From positions 2,032,009 to 2,096,008 of the forward strand of contig NW_004797278.1 in NCBI RefSeq assembly GCF_000002075.1: a DNA stretch of 64,000 bases, given 5' to 3'. Under the pieces are notes generated by a model. The model saw only the letters and a program-made list of their open reading frames with translations, ran no database searches and was not told where the DNA came from. The position numbers were made by a program, and so were the translations under genes. Shown here in pieces: positions 57,206 to 64,000 of this stretch. How positions within the stretch are numbered: position 1 is the first letter of the stretch; every line of letters begins with the position of its first letter. The stretch comes from Aplysia californica. Taxonomy: Eukaryota.

Positions 57206-58370
57206 CTTTAAGTCAGTTAGTATTAAATTACTTTGGAATATGGGGTAATAGTAAATTTAATGTCCCCCACTTAACTCAATATGCATATCGAGGGGCCACC
57301 TTTCGGCATACGTGACATTTTGGGTTGCTGTTATAAATCCCTCCCTTGTGAGTCGTCAAGGTTATTTCTTCAGACACTAGGCAAATTGTTTTTTATTCGA
57401 ACTTAGACTCAGCCCAATAGCGTAGTATTTTTCTGAGCTGCGCATCAATCTGGGGGGGNNNNNNNNNNNNNNNNNNNNNNNNNNNNNNNNNNNNNNNNNN
57501 NNNNNNNNNNNNNNNNNNNNNNNNNNNNNNNNNNNNNNNNNNNNNNNNNNNNNNNNNNNNNNNNNNNNNNNNNNNNNNNNNNNNNNNNNNNNNNNNNNNN
57601 NNNNNNNNNNNNNNNNNNNNNNNNNNNNNNNNNTGAACTNNNNNNNNNNNNNNNNNNNNNNNNNNNNNNNNNNNNNNNNNNNNNNNNNNNNNNNNNNNNN
57701 NNNNNNNNNNNNNNNNNNNNNNNNNNNNNNNNNNNNNNNNNNNNNNNNNNNNNNNNNNNNNNNNNNNNNNNNNNNNNNNNNNNNNNNNNNNNNGTCCCAG
57801 CCCGTGAGACATGTATTTACTTGGCAAAATGTCCTGTCTTGTTGTGCGTTTGCGTGAGTGCACCTTTAAGTCTAACCTTTGTAACGTCTACTGCCATTGT
57901 TAACGACCAAGACAAATTTCTCCCTGCGAGATGAATAAAGATTGTCATTGTCATTGTCATTGTCATATACATATGTGTAATCTGAGGGAGCTCTAGGCAG
58001 ACCCTCCAAAGCATCTGTGTGGAGGAGTGAAAGTAAAAATTTACTCATGGCTGCCCTTGTTCTTTATTAGTGAGACTAGGCTGCTAGGCCTATATGGAGA
58101 AGACGAGTTTTTGAGAAGGGATGCTCTCTTGACTTACCGAAAATGGTGCCGAATGACCCCACTTCAAATCAACAATGGGGTATTCTTAAATTTTGGGTGC
58201 AGAGTTTAAAAAGCTTTAACTTTTATGCAGACTTTTCAGAATGCATTCAATTTTTTTCATTGTGTGGGAATGCTCAGAGTAACAACGAGTTAGATGAATG
58301 CATCCTCCTGTAATAATATGAAATAGAAGTATCCCACTGAACAATAGCCTACTGAATACAGATGGAATTG

Positions 58371-58600
58371 CTAGATCTAGATCTAGATCTAGGCCTAGAT
58401 CGCGAAATCATCATGTGGAATTAATTTCTCCTCGATCTCCATCCACTGCAAGATCTAGTTCGGTCAGCCCACCGCTCGTCAACAGCCAACATGCACAGCG
58501 TGAACAGGCGGACACACACAGACCCTCTAAATGTGGAATGCATAAACTGCCAATGACACCTAATTCTAGATCTAAATCTAGATCTAGATCTAGATCTAAA
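58371..58600. repeat. (TAGATC)n palindromic hexamer tracts
   Basis: Tracts at 58371-58400 and 58566-58600; also 60762-60860. Confidence 0.85.
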
Positions 58601-59701
58601 TCTTATTTCAAAGAAATGTTCTTAGAATGGAAGATATAGAGGACAAAAAGGTGGCTAACCTTCACACTAAGGGATGGTTCCCCAAGCTACTTTCGACTCT
58701 TTCGTGCAGAATTTCTAACAACCATTATTATTGTTTACATCTAGCGTACTACGGTACCGGATGAGCATACGCCGAAACAGGTCCGAACTTGGAGCACAAT
58801 TTCAACGCGATTTTTCCGTTAGGCCAATTTCATAAATAAAAAATCAGCCAATTTGATCTTTTACACGAAAAGTAATTCCATATCGAGAGAGTATGTCAAT
58901 TAAAGAATACTACCGACAAAATCAAAACACACACAAAAAGTAGGCTATCCAGCGATGGTAATATTTATGCCCCTGCTCGTTATTTCTCTCTTTTTTTTCT
59001 TCAGCTTTTTATTTTGGCAACATTGTTAATTTTGTGCTTAGCCATTTTATGTTGATTTGCTGAAGTTTGTACTTTCTGTTTTCAAGAACAGAAGNNNNNN
59101 NNNNNNNNNNNNNNNNNNNNNNNNNNNNNNNNNNNNNNNNNNNNNNNNNNNNNNNNNNNNNNNNNNNNNNNNNNNNNNNNNNNNNNNNNNNNNNNNNNNN
59201 NNNNNNNNNNNNNNNNNNNNNNNNNNNNGTCTCTGGACACTCATATAGATCTATGCACCCCAGACCAATGATAAAATTATCTTGCACTAGGCCACGTACA
59301 TCGAGAGGGAGCAAATAGGTTATAAATACTAAATAGTACTNNNNNNNNNNNNNNNNNNNNNNNNNNNNNNNNNNNNNNNNNNNNNNNNNNNNNNNNNNNN
59401 NNNNNNNNNNNNNNNNNNNNNNNNNNNNNNNNNNNNNNNNNNNNNNNNNNNNNNNNNNNNNNNNNNNNNNNNNNNNNNNNTGGCGTTTTAACTATGTTCT
59501 CCTAGACGATCATTTTTTTTATCAAATGGGGCACATATATCAGCAATATTAATATTATATTCTATATGAATACATGTCAATTAAAATATTTCAAAATGAA
59601 GCTATATTTTGACTTAAACTGATTTAAATAAGTTATTTTAAAAAATGTCATAAGTAAAGCTTTCATTCGTGTTGGGGTCTGGCTTCAAGAGTGTGTTCAA
59701 G

Positions 59702-59803
59702 ATGTCAGCCTCCATGCTCAGTCGAAGTTTACTCCGGTTACATTTATTTAAGAGGGCAACTCTGTCACAGTTTTGCCGCAAGTACAGTATAGCATCTGTT
59801 CAA
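59702..59803 (+). CDS. LAP3: Leucyl aminopeptidase (M17, LAP3-like) exon 1, mitochondrial-presequence-like
   Basis: MSASMLSRSLLRLHLFKRATLSQFCRKYSIASVQ: Arg/Ser/Leu-rich, no acidic residues; donor CAA|gtaata, phase 0, fits exon 2. Confidence 0.72.
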
Positions 59804-60182
59804 GTAATACAATTGATATCTTTACGATATATTTTTTATTCAATATGTGCAAACGATATTGATTACATATTTGTAACAACTCGGTCGCATTAGCAGCCTC
59901 TCACTTAGAGTTAGAGTAGATTGAGGCCAAGCCTTCTATCTTGTCCTTGTTCCGACCCCAAACTCTTTATTATTATAATTATTGTCTCCTTGTCTGCAAG
60001 TTGGCTGACCGAAAATAGCTTTAATTTAGATTATTATTTACAGTCTTGCGTCGGCTTTTGGACTATAGCCTACTATGGAGCCTAGTCTACAAGTGAAGTC
60101 AGGGCCAGGGTACTCCTCCTGTACACTTGCGATTAGGCCGCCTCTATTCTCACCCGGAGTGAGAATAGTGCAGGCGAGTCTT

Positions 60183-60620
60183 GTGGCTATTCTCACCCGG
60201 TGCGCGTTCACCAAATTTTGCGTTCACCCTAAACCACAGAATTTTACACTGTGGTAACAGAAAAATTGTAGAATTCTGTGCCGTGAACAAACGTTCCATT
60301 ACAACTGTTGTCTGTAGCCTACTAAAAGCGTACAATTTATCTGTGGGCAGTGGGGAGAGAGAGGAGTAGCGCGAGAATTTCCGGGCAAAACAAAATGGCG
60401 ACCCGCGTAGTTCGGCTCGATTCGAAAAGTTAAATAGCCGTAGCATCTTTGTAGACAACCAAATTAATTTACTTTTGTGTTTTAACATCATTTTTTAACT
60501 TTGTTTTGGTCAATTTGATCGTCCACACCGATAGACAGTATTCAGAAAGAGACAGAGAGAGAGAGAGAAGAGGGGAGGAGTTGATCTTGCGAGAACTTCC
60601 GGGCGGGTGAGAATAGCCAC
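60183..60620. mobile_element. MITE in LAP3 intron 1
   Basis: TIR GTGGCTATTCTCACCCG / CGGGTGAGAATAGCCAC. Confidence 0.7.
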
Positions 60621-60635
60621 TTTCTTGCGATTAAA

Positions 60636-61878
60636 CGATATGCCGTTGTTAAAAGTAGAAGACGCATCTTTCTGATTGGCTGCTAATTTTAGTACTGTGT
60701 TGTCATCACTTCCTGGGATACCCACATGGAACGACATGTTTTCGGTAACATTTCGGATTTCCTAGATCTAGATATAGATCTAGATCTAGATATCTAGTTG
60801 GCCAACTTGGAAATGATGGAAGATCGCTTAGATCTATAATCTAGATTCTAGATCTAGATCGTTGATGCTCAGAAAAGGGTAAGAACGCTGATGCTTGAAA
60901 TTGAAACACGGTTAACACAAAGACAATAAACCGCACGAAAATTGCCGTAAAGACTCTGGAGGATTAGATCTCGATCTACCCCCCCCCCCCCCCCCCTCCT
61001 GCATTCTTCATCACTAATATACATTAAAAAAACAACTTCAAAGCAGCTTTACAAATTATAATTTATGGGACTGTTGGTCAGTCGGGAGGAGGAGAAGAGA
61101 AAAAAAACCTCCTGTGCCGGACCGGGATCGAGCCGCTCCTAAAATCATTGCTTGACTTCAAACGCAGACGCGTTGTCTATTCGGCCATCAGAACTTCCGA
61201 GAGTGAGGTGTAGATTAAGCATGATATACATAGACACTTCCATCTTTGGTGCCATGCGGTTGGCTATACTTAGATGTAGTCACGTGATCGGAGGGGGTAT
61301 CCTGGTCTGACGTCAAACAAGATGGGCGCCTTACCTAAAAATAGTTTGCGTCTTTCTGTGTTGAATCGCATGTGATTAAACGTAGAAGGACGCAAACTAT
61401 TTTTAGATATAGCGGCCATTTTGTGTGACGTCAGACCGGACCACTCCTCCGATCATATGACTATATTATACTATATATGTAAATATAGCCAACGGGATGG
61501 CACGACGCTTTGGTGCAATGTTTTTCCAGGAATACCGGTAATGTGATATTATGCGGTGCTCCGATGATGAATAATCTCTTTTATACGATAGATCTAGAGG
61601 AAACTTTCAAAGAATGACATGAATTCAATAGACGCAGTGAACCGGAAAATTAGGAAGCTCAAACCCGTCAATGTCTCAATGAAGGAAATTGTTGAACATT
61701 CGTACAGTGTCAATACTGGAATTCCGAAATGTTATTAACATACTGGAAACTCGTCATTCTATGCGGTACCTCCACGGCCTTCTTAAAATAGTCTGTGGGT
61801 ATCCCAGATGACGTCACGTTACTAAAATTAGCAGCTAATCAGAAAGATGCGTCTTCTACGTTTATTAACGGCATGTCT
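60636..61878. mobile_element. Foldback element with ~90-bp TIRs
   Basis: ATGCCGTT...GTAGAAGACGCATCTTTCTGATT...CTGGGATACCCACA, inverted at 61794-61875. Confidence 0.75.
61249..61503. mobile_element. Nested ~255-bp palindromic MITE
   Basis: GTGCCAT..GTTGGCTATA..GATCGGAGG..GGTCTGACGTCA..CTAAAAATAGTTTGCGTC mirrored about ~61365. Confidence 0.75.
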
Positions 61879-62119
61879 CCGTACAATTGCGGTCCCGTTT
61901 AGGGATAGAATTTTTAAGTAGAAGGCCTGGTTTCTTCATCCAATTTGGTTCTTAGGAATTAGTCCCATCTCTTTTTAAAGTTTGTCCTCCTCTTAATATT
62001 AGACTAACTAATTGCTATTGAATCTCCATATTCCTCAGTGGATAGTCTCAGGTCATTTGGTAGAGGTTCTGGTGCTTTTAAAGGTTTATTGATCTGAATT
62101 TTTTCTCTTCAAATTTCAG

Positions 62120-62241
62120 GGAAAGAGCTTGATTCTTGGAGTTTATGAACCTGCAGAAAAAGATGGACAGTTCATCCTCACTCCATCATCAAAGGAGTTT
62201 AATCAAAGAACCAATGGAAAACTTGAAAACATCCTGAAAAT
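62120..62241 (+). CDS. LAP3: LAP3-like exon 2 (GKSLILGVYEPAEKDGQFILTPSSKEFNQRTNGKLENILK); gene continues beyond the window
   Basis: tttcag|...|gtaggc; resembles LAP3 N-terminus KGLVLGIY...FTSAGENFDKLLAGKLRETL. Confidence 0.82.
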
Positions 62242-64000
62242 GTAGGCAAAATTAATTTCCTTTATTTCTTTGTGATAATTTCCATACACTTGTAATAATA
62301 TGTACACACGTTAAATCAGTTGAATGCTCTTGATTGAAAATGTGGTCAGTTTGCTGTATAAATTCTTTAATTCTTGTCCTTTTCCTTCACCTTTCACAAC
62401 CATTGACTCCCTCTCATAACATATTTCTTGCATGCATACTTTTTTTTACAACTGTAAACTATTGTCTTCACTTCATGTGCATACCTACTCATGATATTGA
62501 AAGGAGCCTTCATAGATATCATTGCTTTGTGTTTAGAAGGTTGTGATTTAGTAGAGAGAAACAAGTAGGTACTTCACNNNNNNNNNNNNNNNNNNNNNNN
62601 NNNNNNNNNNNNNNNNNNNNNNNNNNNNNNNNNNNNNNNNNNNNNNNNNNNNNNNNNNNNNNNNNNNNNNNNNNNNNNNNNNNNNNNNNNNNNNNNNNNN
62701 NNNNNNNNNNNNNNNNNNNNNNNNNNNNNNNNNNNNNNNNNNNNNNNNNNNNNNNNNNNNNNNNNNNNNNNNNNNNNNNNNNNNNNNNNNNNNNNNNNNN
62801 NNNNNNNNNNNNNNNNNNNNNNNNNNNNNNNNNNNNNNNNNNNNNNNNNNNNNNNNNNNNNNNNNNNNNNNNNNNNNNNNNNNNNNNNNNNNNNNNNNNN
62901 NNNNNNNNNNNNNNNNNNNNNNNNNNNNNNNNNNNNNNNNNNNNNNNNNNNAACACATGGGTCGCCACCACTCGGAGAACAAGCAACGCTTCTGTCAGAA
63001 GTTCATGCTGACGTCCATTGTTACTTTGTTACAGACTGGGTGTCCACTCATCTCACTTACGGTTTGTGTATGGGTTCTGGGTGGGGCTTATGGGTTATGA
63101 GGGATCACATGCTTCCCTCACCAGCACCCAAAAATTAATTTTCTTACCTATTGGTCAACAGTGGGATAGGCCTACGCAACATGATCGGTTGGAGGGACTA
63201 CCTAACAACGACAGGTTTTTAGATTATGACGGCTCGCCCACAACGCCAGGGGCCAATGCACAATTTATGCAGAGATGCCAACCAGTACGATTTTTGGCCG
63301 AAAATACGCGAATACGACTTTTCATGAAAAAATACGCATCCTGGAATGCGAAAACTACGAGATTCAGCTTGGGCGAGTAAACCAAATTATCTCAGGTCCC
63401 ATCTTTTGTCAAAATAGTATCCGTATCGCAGAACTGGAATATTTGAAAACCAAGTCCGATGTGGTCAGTAAGTTCATTTTTGCCGGTCGCGATCATGATA
63501 TTATATTCATTCAGCTTTTCCCCGTCTGGAGAGTACGTTTCACTTTCACGCGAAAAGGCAGCTATGGCGGCAGGCGGAAGCGTATGTGACACCGAAGCTC
63601 GATCGGGAAAATCAAGATCTACTTTCGCTTTCGTTACCACCGAGAAGTTTGCCAGCAGTTGTCTGATAACGCAACATTTGTGGCATGCAGGTTGTGCAGT
63701 ATAAACACAATGTCGCCGTGCAAATAAAATATAATAAATACTCTGACTCGTCGCTGTGCTGTCACTTGTGGAAAAAAAAAAGAAAAGAAAATACAACTGT
63801 CGTCAGATTTTTAGATTCGTCTGGCTCGCCATCGTGACCGCTGACCGGTCACTGACCCTGCGTGCATTCGCGTCACAAATAAATGCGGCATCGTGTGAGA
63901 AAACACCTTGTTTGGTGGGAGTAACGGCGTTGCGAAGTATAGGACTACGGAATAGGGGAGGAGATTATTGATTTTTTTTTTGGTGGGTGTAAGATACTAT

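Noticed and set aside
63018-63971. Overlapping 70-134 aa ORFs in a CpG-rich stretch
   Set aside because: No recognisable LAP3 or other motif; probably a repeat in LAP3 intron 2, with boundaries not definable.

Overview
AT-rich, intron- and repeat-rich animal DNA, probably lophotrochozoan or mollusc (inferred from repeat style only), with many N-gaps after 39.5 kb. Three protein-coding genes are supported. (1) A complete 28-exon EXOC4/Sec8 gene on the minus strand (CDS 37895->3340, 944 aa, all GT-AG, phases consistent), reconstructed by hand. (2) A 1453-aa NEK8/9-like kinase whose whole CDS is one exon (minus, 56350->51989), with the architecture DUF4347-like domain - kinase - RCC1 repeats - coiled coil - CaaX. 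(3) The first two exons of a divergent LAP3-like leucyl aminopeptidase with a mitochondrial presequence (plus, from 59702). Introns and intergenic DNA hold tRNA-derived SINEs, a TSD-flanked LINE 3' end and several MITEs, some nested. Best leads: two clusters of frame-preserving candidate microexons in EXOC4 introns 11 and 17, the NEK architecture and predicted prenylation, an apparently shifted EXOC4 splice acceptor, and a candidate TATA-driven spliced micropeptide gene at 44.3-48.9 kb. Homology calls come from recalled sequences, not database searches.
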